In this document: piece by piece, positions 1 to 12,066 of the stretch
How positions within the stretch are numbered: the first letter of the stretch is position 1
How the letters are laid out: each line of letters begins with the position of its first letter
From: Asterias rubens
Lineage: Eukaryota
Reading direction: 5' to 3'
Assembly (NCBI RefSeq): GCF_902459465.1
Contig: NW_022985697.1
Location: 372,001-436,000 of the forward strand
DNA: 64,000 nucleotides
Made by a program: the position numbers and the translations under genes
The notes under the pieces: generated by a model
The model's input: the letters and a program-made list of their open reading frames with translations, nothing else
What the model was told of the DNA's origin: nothing
Database searches by the model: none

Positions 1-515
1 AGACTCCAAAAAAGTACTGTTTTAGTCAATATTTGAAAGAGTGAAATATTTCAAGACTAGTAACGAAAAATAAAAAGTTTTACAAAACTACAGGATAAAC
101 CGCTGATATTGGGTTAACTTATTCCCAATTAAACCATTAATTATTCGACATCATTGAAACAATTAGGATCTCAGCCACATTCAATAGGTCTATAAATATA
201 AAACACAGGATTGTTAAGTGATTGTATATATATATATATATCATTTGATTACAGTAAAAACTCATTCTGAACTAGCACTTAAGAAAGATGGTTTGTAAAA
301 TTTTAAAGTCATAAAAGACATAATACCTGGTAGACCTCCTGCGTACTAGCTGACACTGACAAGTTCAAACAATGCAAGTCACACCAACCACAACTCACAG
401 CCAATGCTGGGTCTTCCTTTACCTCATTGAGGGCGCTGTTTCTTTGCTTGCGAATATGCAATGGAAGCTAAATCTACTAAGTGCAGTGCGAGTTATACTC
501 TTTAGAATATTTTAG

Positions 516-1079
516 CAGTGAACCTACGACAGACCATGATCGGAGACTCCTGGGATACAATGGACGGCAGGAGACTTGTCAGGTAAATCCAGTGTACTCA
601 TAAACATGTGAATGCTTTAGAACTTCGGAAACAATGGAAACTCTGAAGTGTCTTCTGCCACCTATGTTTCACAATCTCCAACTGAAGCTAGGTGTATTAA
701 GCAGATGGCATTCCTCTTTTGTTGGCATTGTTTGATTGAGACTGGAGAGACCTGCCTCAATTTTAAACCAATATCTAGAAATGATAGACTGAGGGCTGAT
801 TTCACAAAGCAATACAATTCATCAAAAGGCAACAGCCAAGATTACCATCGTGATCTATGTTGTGTGGTCACATTTTACTTCGGGGCCGTTCAAAATTAGA
901 ACATTTTCACAAGAGTGCCACAATGACCTGAAGAAAAACAATTCCTTTGCCTTCCGAGTTTTCCCTATAGCGTCATTGGTTCTCTTCTGTGCTTTCCACA
1001 TGTTAGTATGGAACAGGCTATCGGGACCAGTGAAGAAACCATGCTCATGAGGCTGGTTCCAAATGGTCGACCACAGTAG
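516..1079 (+). CDS. Possible last two coding exons (516-582, 971-1079) of an unidentified gene entering from the left
   Basis: TTTTAG|...CAG|GTAAAT and TTCCCTATAG| splice sites. Phases are compatible (2 to 2) and give ...VNLRQTMIGDSWDTMDGRRLVSVIGSLLCFPHVSMEQAIGTSEETMLMRLVPNGRPQ*. No family recognised. Confidence 0.35.
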
Positions 1080-1551
1080 CCAACCAATGGTCGACCAGCC
1101 TGGGTTCGAGTCAAAACAGTCAGCCTTTAGTTAACCATGGGGCGCACTTCACTTTGCTTTAAGGCTGATACTTTAGTAAAACCAAAGCATGAAAGACCTC
1201 TGAGAAGTGCTGAGCCAAAAGGACACCAGTCTAGAAAACTAAGTAAGTCAGAATCTGAGAGTTCCTGAGACTTATTCCAAGACCACCTAGTCCTCTGAGG
1301 GGGGTCAAAATTCAAGCAATACACTGTATCTGCAAATATGACCAAAGAATCCCACAAGTTTACCAAACTAATGTTACTTTGATCTACAACTGCATAATTT
1401 GGTTTGAATTCAAAGGTTAATTTCACATGTATGTTGCGTATATAAAACATAGAGTTCCACAAAAGAAAATCTGAATTGGTTATGAAACTCTGAATTAAAT
1501 ACCGGCCAATAAGCAAATTAATTTAAAAGAAGAGATCAACCATTGGTCTAG

Positions 1552-1663
1552 CAGGTTGAAAGGTTTTAGCAGGTGCCCTACAACAGGTTGAAATGTTTTA
1601 GCAGGTGCCCTACAACAGGTTGAAAGTTTTTAGCAGGTGCCCTACAACAGGTTGAAAGGTTTT
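1552..1663. repeat. 32-bp minisatellite, ~3.5 copies
   Basis: Unit CAGGTTGAAAGGTTTTAGCAGGTGCCCTACAA starts at 1552, 1584, 1616 and 1648. Confidence 0.9.
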
Positions 1664-2812
1664 ACAACCCTTTTCCAGACCATACAAAGTACAAAGGACA
1701 CAAGCAATGAAACGGCTCTATATAAGTGAACTATGACGGTTGTATATTTGTTGCTAGAATTACTCCACTGAGGCGGCTTTTCCATTCCCATCCAGAGTTC
1801 AACTTTCCTGTAAAAACTTTAAAATTATCAAAATTTCACACTCAGTTCTGTTGAAACATGATTTTGGATGGTAAATGCTTTCAATCTTTTCACGTCCTAC
1901 ATCCTTCCGGGTAAATGAAATAGTATTGGTGTATAAAAATGAGTAACTGCAACAAATGGTTGGCAGGAAGCCTTGCTACCTGCGGCTCCAATTTCGCCCA
2001 AAATTAAGAACAAGAAGTAACTATTTCTCGTGACAACAATCACAGTACACCTTTTGAAAATTCAAGACCATACAAACAGCTCTTCTCAGTGCCTTAAGAA
2101 GATTCTTCTTAGATGCTTGTACATGTACCTGCAAGAAACAATAACATCTAACCAACCAACCATGCAAAGCCTCCAAGTCCACCAACAACAAACCAAAACA
2201 AAAGTGCTCACCATCATGTTTCTTTTTAAAAAAGTACAAAACTATTTTTGTTTAATAATCTGATAAAATAAAACACCAGGCGCTGGATTTTGGACCGCGT
2301 GAGGGCGCTCTCAAACATATTGATTTCACTTCTGGGGGTATATCATGCACACCCAAAACAGTTATTAAAGACTGGAACACATTACCACCACAGACATCAT
2401 ATCCATCACAAACCATAAAGCCTGGTTCATACTTTTTGCGAATGCGATACGAATGTTGACGTCACAAATTCACAACACATAATTCGCAGCAGTTAAGCTG
2501 TGCTCAACTCTAGCGAATATTCGCAGCAAAAACAGAGTTGTGATGTCAAATTCACGCCAAATTCACATCGCATTCGAGTTCGCAGGAAATATGAACCGGG
2601 CTTTAAACCTTTTAAGGAGCCATTTCAATCCACCTCCAAAGCAAATTAAAACTACGGCGCAGCGAAACTGACAGAACGGCGATTAAAACTGTGCAGGGCG
2701 AATCAAGTATACCCTCAGAAGTGATAAAAAGCGGTCAAAAATACGGTGCATTTGAACAGGAATTCAACTTTCTCAGACACAAGATAAGTTTAAGCTGAGT
2801 AAAGGAGTGGTC

Positions 2813-5800
2813 CTAGATACCTTCAGGCCCAATCAGTGAGAGAAGGACAAAGACTGATGTGAGAAGGGCAAATGCCTTGGATGGGGTAGCAGCTTGGATG
2901 GCACTGTTTGTTCTATCTGGTGGCTTGGTGGCTAGGTCCATGTTGGTGGGCAGAGGTACGTACAAACTGCTTGGATACTCTCCTGTGTCACGTTCGTCAC
3001 ACCACAGTTCAGGATCACGCACATCTGAGGTTTGAAAAACAATAGAATATATTTCTTTCAGTGAAGTATTCAGACAATCACCACACTGTAAAGACAGATG
3101 GGTAACAAGCGTTCTGGCGTTACCAATGATAATATTGATGTTTCAAACAGAATACTCAGAGTACACAGTTTGAAACGTTGAGACCACACTAGCTCTTTTC
3201 AGAGACAACACTCCCACAACAGAGATTTAATTCATGGTTGTAACCACAAGTACACTGTATACAAGTTATTTATTTACATCTATAAAAGCTATTTTTTACT
3301 AATATTATCAATAATCAGTCTTATTTTGGTATTACTCTAACATAATAAAATGACAATTAGGTTTTATATATACCTTCAAGCATCTAAAAGAGCTACATAG
3401 ATGTTTTTTATGACAGGTATGCCAAGTTTTTGAATTATGAGAACCATTTGTATAGCAGCTTGTAAAGTCACTTCCTTCTCTCTTGTTTGATAAGTGCACT
3501 GGGATAAAGGCACTGGGATTGATTTCACATATGACTAGTCCTAGGAGATATTACAAGCGTATGGCTAGTCCTAACTTAGGACTAGTCCTAGGAGATATTA
3601 CAAGCGTATGGCTAGTCCTAACTTAGGACTAGTCCTAGGAGATATTACAAGCGTATGGCTAGTCCTAACTTAGGACTAGTCCTAGGAGATATTACAAGCG
3701 TATGGCTAGTCCTAAGTTAGGCAGGTAACTCGTCCTAAGATAAGACTAGTTTTTAACTCTTTGTAAAATCCACCCCAGGACACCTTTGGTAGTTGTCAAA
3801 GACCAGTATACTCACTTGGTGTATCTCAACATATGCATAGTATAACAAATCTGTTAAAATTTGGACTCAATTGGTTATCGAAGTTGCAAGAGAATAATTA
3901 ATGAAAAACACCCTTGTCACACAAAGTTGTGTGCTTTCAGATGCCTTGAATTCGAGACCTCAGCTGAGGTCTCTAATTCAATGCAAATATTTTAGTGAGA
4001 AATCATTTTTTTTCTCAAACACTTGAGAGGGAGCTGTTACTCACAATGTTTTATACTATCAACAGCTCTCCATTGCTCGTTACATATTAAGTTTTTATGC
4101 TAACTGCTATTTGGAGTAGTAACCAATAGTGTAGAAACCACCAGCATCATCAGAAAATGCAGCATTATTTTTCAAATGGCAGTGAGTTTCTTTTTAAGTT
4201 ATACAAACCTCCAGGGGGGCTAACTGTAAATCGATAGAAAAACTGAACGTCACTCTCATCACAGCTTGTGGCATCGCAATGAAACTCAAATCTTAAAGAG
4301 TCTCCATCCGCTTGGCGACAGTCGTAGATTTGCTGCAGGATAAGAAAAAGATTCCAGTTTGTTTGTTAAAAATAAATAAATAATAAAAAACATAAATAGT
4401 GGAATAATGAGGGACTCTAAGCCTACATGTATGTAGTTTTATGATGTACAATTTTCCAAATGATAAGAGTGCTTTTATAAAAATAAAAACTCTCTGACCT
4501 CAGAGCTATTTTGTATCGGGCAGTGTGAATAATTGAGTGAATTTGAACTGTGTTGAGATCTAAAGAAGTCATCATAACTGTATAGCTTACAACAGCTTGG
4601 AGCTTGTAGTGTAAACGCCCTCATGGGTTTTAGTCCATCAAGTTCATTCAAAAACCATGCAATGGATCCAAGATGGCTTCTTGGGTTAGATATGACTTGA
4701 TTTATTTAAATCTTCCCATCAATAATTTACATCCAAACTTATCCAAAATCAATTTTTTACTAACAGTGCAACATAAAACATAAGTGAAAAATTTGTTACA
4801 AATATTTGATAGGAGTGGGTACTTACAGCATCACATATTTCACGATTATACTCGTCTTTGACACTGTGGATCAAGAACAAATTCATTCATGTGATTAGCA
4901 AAAAGTTGAACATTTATTAAATGTAATCAATTACCTTAAAGGCAGTGGAGACTATTAGTAATTGTCAAAGACTAGCCTTCACAGATGGTGTATCTCAACA
5001 TATACATAAAATAACAAACCTGTAAAAATTTGAGCTCAATCGGTTGTCGCAGTTGCGAGATAATAATGAAAGAAAAAGACACCCTTATCACACCAAGTTG
5101 TGTGCTTTCAGATGCTTGATTTCGAGACCTTAAATTCTAAATCTGAAAATTACTTCTTTCTCGAAAACTCTGTCACTTCAGAGAAAGCCGTTTCTCACAA
5201 TGTTTTATTGTATCAACCTCTCCCCATTACTCGTTACCAAGAATCGTTTTATGCTAATAACTGTTTTGAGTAATTACCAATAGTGTCCACTGCCTTTAAG
5301 CAGAGAACAATTTATAGCAATGAATGGCAAAATGCAACAACAAATGTATCAGCCACTGCCCCAACATCACAATTTACTACTCAATATTAGCACTCAGTGT
5401 GCCCAAAAGGTTTCCGCAATCAAATCGCTGTTGAACTTGAACTTCGACATTTTGTATAAAATATACACACCCACTCATTGTTGACATCCATTGACAAAAT
5501 GTTTCAAGTTTTACAATGACGTTTTGACACCATTTTAATATGAGGTTAGGGACTTGCATTTTGTTTTCCCTGTTCACAAGGACTATTGGAAAAATGATCG
5601 CATACAAAACTGCATTTGACAACAATGTTGTTTGACCATGGAGCCCCTCTTCAACGCTATACAACGAATGTCTACTTAGGTAGTTTCTATTCCCCTAAGT
5701 ACCTGAAATAGTCAGCAAAACATACATAGGTTGCTTTCTGATACTCACCAAATAATTGAGCCTTGTGGATTAGACTCAGCCTGTAAAATAATAAATAACA

Positions 5801-8800
5801 ACAGTGAATCACTATATTACATTTGGTTTGCGGTAACACCTTGTGTGTGTCTACTCGCCAGGTAGAGTTTGTTCTTTTCAATAAGAAACAAATTCCTGAT
5901 AAAAAGAGGTAAAAAAAAGAACTGTCCTGCTTTTTAACTACTACTTGGGCAGAGGGTAGAAAATCGACTAGGACTACTACTTAGCTTAAAGAGGTTTGAT
6001 TTTTAACTTCACTACCGCGGAATGACTTCTTCATTGGTCTCAACGTTTGAACTAGCTTGCTCTAGTCATCGTCAGTGATCACATTATGGAAAGCAAATGA
6101 TATTGAATAGAGTATTTATTGTAAATCTGAAGAAAACCGAATTCTCCGAAAGAGACTGTTTGGGGTAAACAAAAAAATTAGAGACGAGTCTTGTTATAAC
6201 TGAATTGTTATAATCAGGAATTCTTTTAATAAAAGGACAGCAATTTTAATACAAGGCAGGAATGAAATTCAGGAATTCATTAATGTTCTCTTTATTTAAG
6301 TAGAACCTCTTTAGAAACAGTACTACATAAAAAGTAGGCTGACTGTATATTATTCGCCTCAATTTATATTCGTCTATATTGAAAATCAAATTTCCATTTT
6401 TGTTTTCCTCGACCCAACCTATTTAAAATGAAAGGTCATGAAACCTGTTTCCTTGTACCTTATTGCCTTAAGCCTTATAAGGAAGTACTGCACAACCATC
6501 TACATTCAGGAGATTATTGTCACAATAGACATTACACGCATTGTCATCATCACGATGCCATCTTAGAAGTAAACGATGACGGTAAATCAACAGAACATAC
6601 ATGTGACGCTCAGGATGGTCCAATGAGCAACCAAGCTTTTCTGGGAGTCCTTGACTTCACAACCCGAATCAATAAATGAAATGCAAATGAAACCACCTCT
6701 TCCCCTTCCTGCCAGTTTCCTGAGTACGATCCAACAAATGGGGCGAAAAGCCATCAAGCCCCGTGTGTTTTGTATCAAACGTTAAAAAACCAATGCACTT
6801 TATCAAAAAGAGAAGGGGTTCGGCCTGGTGATCCCAGTTTGATTGGCAGCAGCACCTTGTAAACCATTACATGGTGCAACGTAAAAGGAGTAGGTCTCAT
6901 AATTCAAACGTAGTCCCACATACCTTGCAGAAAAATATTGTTTGTTAAAGCGCCTTGCGCATTTCTGAGCAATGGATACATGCGCTATATAAAAAGCCAC
7001 TTTTTTAACAATTATTACATATGGTGTCATGGGATGCCAGCTGTAATACATCAAGTCTCAAGACATTATTTTAAAAACTTACCATAACTTCTACACGAGA
7101 ATCCATTGTACCTGTGACCACTATACATGGGTTAGGTTGCATGAGATCGCTGTATGGTATAAAGGTAGGCACAAACCCAACAGGTCTGCCATTTGGGTCA
7201 TTCACGCTGGTGAAGTTCCGATCATAGCTTTCTTCAGGGATACCAACCCAGGTGGTTGCTGTGCCTGCTGTGCATTCCTGGGCGTACGACCCTACACATA
7301 AAATGAACAATTTGTGAAGCTGTAAGTCAACTAGCCCTGGTCGCGTTGCATGCAACGAAGGAGTCCCACCTGGGCTATTAAGTCAACATGATTAATAATA
7401 TACTATTTTAAAAGGGCCTATCAACAGTAACAGAAGACATCAGGCCTGATACTTCACAGAGGCAATGGAGGTGATTGCCTCCGCGCCCCCTGCCTTGATG
7501 CCCTTGTAAAGCTCCAGTGGAAATTTACAATTTCCTCAAACATGTAGGGTGCCAAGGAGAAAATGCCTTGGTGCCCTTGCCGCCTGCAACATAATAACAT
7601 AACTTTGTTTTTGTTCTTTACATTTTTATTCTTAAATAAAGAGTATGCTGGAATTACATTTGTTTTTTAAATTCATTATTGTGTATCAAATTTTCTCTGC
7701 AAATAAATTGCAGTGAATACTTAAAATTTTAACTTTATGAAAACGAGAGGCTACCCATTTTGAAAAGATTGGGGGTTTCAGCCCTCAAATGATAATCCAT
7801 AAACAAATTTACTACATAAAATATTGTTAATTTGACATGTTTATTTTGGTCCCTAATTGAACCCTTCTTCCAGTTTACAACAGGAAGTGCAAGTTATAAT
7901 ATAGCTTCAATTTTTGGAATCGCTCGATTGTGTAAAAGTTGTATTAGGCATGGACTACTACTTTTAGCTTATAAAATAGGATCGTAATTAACTGTACTAC
8001 CGCGGAGTTAGTTCTTAAATTGTTCTCAACGTTACGACTAGCTTGCTCTAGTCATCCGTCAGGAGACTGGTTATAAATCATGTTTAAATCGTGTTAAAAA
8101 GTAGATGTAATAAAACAATAAAACTAACATCTGCAAATTTCAATTCAAATGGGGTTTTTGAGATATCGCCAAAAATCCGGAGTGAATCTAGGGCCTAATC
8201 GGAATATGCAATTTGTTCTCAGATTCACATTTTGGGCATAAACACTGTGATATTGTTACATTTTTTGAAGTGTTTCTCAAAATACTTTATACTATCGAAA
8301 GCTGCTGTAGGCTTCTAACCCAAGGTTTTGATTGCCATTGATTTTAAGAGTGATTACCAAACAGATACCTTCCCTTTAAGAACCTTGAATGAATCTTCAA
8401 ATCACACTTAAGTAGGCCCTAATTGTTTGTTTGTTCAACCCCAAATCATTTATACGCTTTACCCAGTCTGTTTCCCTGGTGGTTGGTAACTTAAGGTTTG
8501 TATTTCTTAAGGTTTGTAACTATTGTAGTATGATGAATTGAATCACAAATAAAAAAAATGTTGCACATGTGCAACATTTTTTTTTGTTTAACGAAAGTGT
8601 ACAAATGGCTTTAAAGGAATGTATTCCTTTAAAGCCATTTATACACTTTCGTTAAACACTATTGTCCAAGTCCCACACTTTGAGTATCACAACTTATATA
8701 TAAAATAACAAACCTGTGAAAATTTAGGCTCAATCAGTCGTCGGAGTCGGGAGAAAATAACGGGAAAACCCACTCTTGTTTCCGCACGTTTCGCCGTGTT

Positions 8801-11366
8801 ATTTCAAATAAATCAGTCAATCTTGCTATCAAGAGTTGATATTGTTTTAATGTTTTCTCAAAAAGTAAAGCATTTCATGGAACACTATTTCAAGAGAAGT
8901 TTTTCAACATTACTGTAAACCCTGTAAATTATTGTAAATCTGTGAACTTTTTTTTTTTTCTGCACCGAAAGTGTATAATGGCTTTAAGGTGAGTAAAGGG
9001 TGTAAACTGTTTTCTTTGTTCCACATTTCAATAAATGCTGGGTTCATCTTCAAAATAACCTGTGCCTAGTTGATCATCAGGGAAACCAATGAGGAAGTGA
9101 TGCCACCTGAAGACTAATGCTTCCACAATGCAAACAATAGCAACCTAGTGCTATTACAAAACCCCTTCCTGTATCTGGGAATCCATGGTGAATGATGATG
9201 ACGACCTATTGTTACACTTTACAGTAGAGTGCTTTTCAGCTAACTACATTGAATGCTGATGTTGTTATTGTTGGTATTGAATGCCTGGTACCTCCCAGTC
9301 AAAAACTGACAGTAAATATAAAACAGAATGTATTACTGTTGCCGAGTGTTTCCTCTATGGTAAATCCACCTTGCAGGAAGTAGTTAATTCTAGCAAAAGC
9401 TTACAGCACTTCCGGTAAAGGCTGAGATTTGCATCGACATATTTCCTGAAGAGATTCTTTTCCCCCCAAATAGTCAATTGAAATAATGATACAAGCTAAA
9501 AAGCATGATGTGATCAATGTTTTCTTATTGAAATTTAACATTTGTGGTGGTGGTTGTAGTGTGTCTTCTTAGATGAATGCTTTAGAAAAGAAGAATGAAA
9601 AAAAAATATTAACATCTATTTTTAGTCTTGTGGAGATCGTTGAAGGTAATTGAGATGATCAGTTTTCTAGGTTTCAGTACAAAAAAGATCAAGAATAAAG
9701 AAAAAAAAAGAAAAAAAAGCATGAATGGCAAAATATTTGATGCTAAAAAAGCCTGAACCCCAGCTGCATTACAATTTCATTCACTCTTCAATCCCTCATG
9801 AAGCCTTTAAATAGAAACAATAGGGCCTAATATAACAAACAATGACACACAAAAATACATAAATAGGCCTATTTAACTATGAAAAAGACTTTGGAGAATG
9901 TATAAAGGCCTTACCCAAAACAGAGCATCTCTTAGTTATTGAAGAACATTTCAAAAAAATGGTGAATAAGAGTATGAGTGCTTTGTTTGCTCATAAATGA
10001 TTAAAAAAAGATAGTTTATTCACATCCAGATAAAAATTTGTGTTCTTATAGATTGTACAAGTCTCACGTGCGTATTCGAACTTCCGGGACCAATGTGGTC
10101 CCAACCATAAATAAGGGGATAAAAAGGTAGTGACGAGATCTTAAACGGTCGTTTAAAACCGGCAGGGTTGTGGCTGTGTGATAAAGGCCCGAGCCACTGC
10201 TCTTTTATTCCATTTCATAAATGCAAATTAGGAAACTCTGTTTTCCAACGTCTAAACTCTACGTGTGGTGCATTTGTATGAGACAGTTTTCGGATTGCAT
10301 TCGTGCACGTAGATATGCATCCTCGTCCCATGGGCTTGTGCGCTATACTGCACAATGCATCTGAAAACAACCGGTTATAAACAGCTCCAGCTGATCATTA
10401 TCAACTGTTTGCACACCCCCACGTGATGCACTCTACACCAATAGAAATAGCAAAACTGTACGGGGTATTTATGAATGGACTTTTCTGTTGGGGAGATTCT
10501 GTTTCGTTCATTATTTCAGTTTAACTTGTTTATGACCATGAAACCTTAATTGTTATTGGAAATGTTGTAATACAATGAGTAATTAACAAAACATATAAAA
10601 ATTTAAAACAATTCAACAAAATAACAAAGAACAACCGATAATTAAACTTGACCCCAGCTTCCGCTTACTTGCAAAAAATTACGAATTTGTGCCCAAATTG
10701 TGATCATAAATGGGGTGGAAAGCCTTTTCATTGGCTGTCGAGGCGTCAGCTTCAACTTTTAGCAGTTTCACATTTGGGCGTAGATTAACAAAAGTAATTT
10801 CAACCAATTAAAGATCAAATTTTCCTTTACTTTTGTTTACATAGGCCTACCAATTGTGTATACTATTTGTTTTAAAATCTAAAAACCAATTTATACAAGT
10901 TGTAATGAGTATTTTTATTGTTCAGATTATTTGTCATATAATAAAAACACAAATATTTGATTTAATAAAAAATAAAGTTCTTTGTATGCACGCGAGCCTT
11001 GCACAGTCTATGTATTGAAATTAGCAATTGTATTATAAAGTCCCCCCCCCCCTCCCCCCCACAACTATTTAAATAAAACATACCACTAACATAAACGTCA
11101 ATCAACTCTATTTCTACCTCCATGATTGAACAACCTCTCATGTATTGTTATGGACATCAACAGTGTAGGCCTAAACTATAATAAGCTTAAAACGACACCA
11201 GCGACCAGTGGTCTCTGAGTAGTAAAGTAACAACATGGAGGTAGAATAATAAAACTGAACAGTGAGTGACTCCGTTTCAGAAAATATATTTACCTGAATG
11301 AAGACAGAGTAAAACGAGGAAAACTGCCGCAAAGATCGTCTCCGTCGTTCTCAAAAAGCAATCCAT
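2813..11366 (-). CDS. Uncharacterised secreted cysteine-rich protein, probably GPI-anchored (228 aa, 6 coding exons)
   Basis: Exons (minus): 11366-11294, 7291-7083, 5780-5749, 4863-4827, 4332-4209, 3024-2813. All introns are GT-AG with matching phases; 687 nt total. Protein: MDCFLRTTETIFAAVFLVLLCLHSGSYAQEC...PNPCIVVTGTMDSRVEVMAESNPQGSIICVKDEYNREICDAQIYDC...FHCDATSC...LWC...TNSAIQAATPSKAFALLTSVFVLLSLIGPEGI*. It has an N-terminal signal peptide, 8 mature Cys and a C-terminal hydrophobic tail. An in-frame upstream ATG at 11375 is an alternative start. Confidence 0.88.
3148..3260 (+). repeat. Heavily degenerate hammerhead-like / Penelope-type short repeat
   Basis: CAGAATA..CTCAGAGTACACAGTTT-GAAACGTT-GAGACC shares the GAAACGTTGAGAC end with the 6037-6080 copy; the first core box and stem II are decayed. 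Confidence 0.35.
3513..3778. mobile_element. MITE with an internal 47-bp tandem array (4 copies, 3534-3721)
   Basis: Imperfect TIRs CTGGGATTGATTTCACA / TGTAAAATCCACCCCAG. Unit ACTAGTCCTAGGAGATATTACAAGCGTATGGCTAGTCCTAACTTAGG. A related decayed copy lies near 26430-26545. Confidence 0.7.
3779..4133. mobile_element. Kolobok-like MITE family 1, ends eroded
   Basis: Body is clearly homologous to 4940-5295 and 20192-20606. Confidence 0.75.
4940..5295. mobile_element. Kolobok-like (T2-type) MITE family 1, full length
   Basis: TTAA|AGGCAGTGGAGACTATT...AATAGTGTCCACTGCCT|TTAA. A TTAA target duplication with AGG/CCT termini matches Kolobok/T2-type elements. Confidence 0.85.
5971..6080 (-). ncRNA. Degenerate minimal type-I hammerhead ribozyme-like motif (6037-6080) within a Penelope-type short repeat
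   Basis: Minus strand reads CTGACGA-T-GACTAG-AGCAAG-CTAGTT-CAAACGT-T-GAGAC. The CUGANGA box is intact, G12 is missing and the 5' side of stem I is decayed. The block is homologous to 7952-8067. Confidence 0.6.
6690..6930 (-). mobile_element. SINE body fragment (family B)
   Basis: Shares GCAAGGTATGTGGGACTACGTTTGAA...TGTAATGGTTTACAAGGTGCTG with 14505-14600 and 49460-49600. Confidence 0.65.
7952..8067 (-). ncRNA. Degenerate minimal type-I hammerhead ribozyme-like motif (8022-8067) within a Penelope-type short repeat
   Basis: Minus strand reads GTCTC-CTGACGGA-T-GACTAG-AGCAAG-CTAGTC-GTAACGT-T-GAGAAC. Stem II is perfect and stem I pairs over 4 bp; there is one insertion in the first core box and A13>U. 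Confidence 0.6.
8551..8659. repeat. Two adjacent palindromes abutting a MITE end
   Basis: 8551-8584 is A8-TGTTGCACA|TGTGCAACA-T8, perfect. 8584-8659 has ~37-bp arms (one mismatch) around TTAAAGGAATGTATTCCTTTAA. Confidence 0.85.
8633..8983. mobile_element. Kolobok-like MITE family 2
   Basis: TTAA|AGCCATTTATACACTTTCG...CGAAAGTGTATAATGGCT|TTAA. A partial relative lies at ~50097-50160. Confidence 0.8.
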
Positions 11367-11375
11367 AATCATCAT

Positions 11376-11830
11376 CTATGAAGTTGTGGTTTACAGTGCG
11401 CGTAGTAGAGACTATAAAACCATATACCATGGAGGTAGAAATAAACGCATCCACCCAGTCAATGAATCATCAACAAGTGCGTGGACTACGACCCTATTTA
11501 TCTGCGAGGTTAACAAACACATCATGGGTACCTCCCATGATTACAATGGATTACATTAATGACGTTTGTGTCACTGATCTATGTGTGACGTGCCCGTGGT
11601 AAGGGCATGATTGTTTACCAGCGAGTAATAATAGGCCCTTTCGAAACTACGGTGTAAGCTTCAGCTCCGACGGGGGATCTCCGCGTAAGCGCAAGGCTTT
11701 TAACTAACTGACTGGTGGAGCTAAGCCCAGGCCCAAGCCGGAGTTTCGAAAAGGGCCTTAGTTCAGAATGATCAATGGAGGGCGCTAGTACACATGTGCT
11801 TGTTTCTACATCCGATCCTCCTGCCTCTCT
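11376..11830. promoter_or_regulatory. Probable bidirectional promoter between the secreted-protein gene (minus) and TAMM41 (plus)
   Basis: Head-to-head arrangement and local CpG enrichment. A putative TAMM41 5'UTR exon ends at a CAG|GTAGGT donor (11923/11924), and an acceptor TTGGACAG lies just upstream of the TAMM41 ATG. Confidence 0.55.
11634..11757. mobile_element. Small MITE with GGCCC termini (PIF/Harbinger-like)
   Basis: TIRs GGCCCTTTCGAAACTACGG / CCGGAGTTTCGAAAAGGGCC. Confidence 0.65.
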
Positions 11831-12066
11831 CTCTCTCTCTCCGCAGAGTAAACAAACAATACTCCTAAGATCAGATTACAGAGAACTAAATGAATCAGAT
11901 GCAAGAACAGTGAGGGAGGTCAGGTAGGTGGCATATTCTACCTCCTTGGTAATAATACTAGTGTTTACAATTTAGCTGATTTGATTTCCCTGTGTTATGT
12001 GTATATGTACAGTGTTCACACTGTACATAAATAGCATACACAGGATACACTCAGTAGGCTTCAGTG

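Noticed and set aside
1127-1516. 129-aa minus-strand ORF
   Set aside because: It starts at a non-ATG codon and has no recognisable motif or convincing splice context. It may be a decayed TE fragment.
6803-7054. ORFs overlapping SINE/MITE bodies (also 20349, 30778, 41129, 41324, 49509, 61327)
   Set aside because: They are chance translations of non-autonomous repeats and recur wherever the repeat does.
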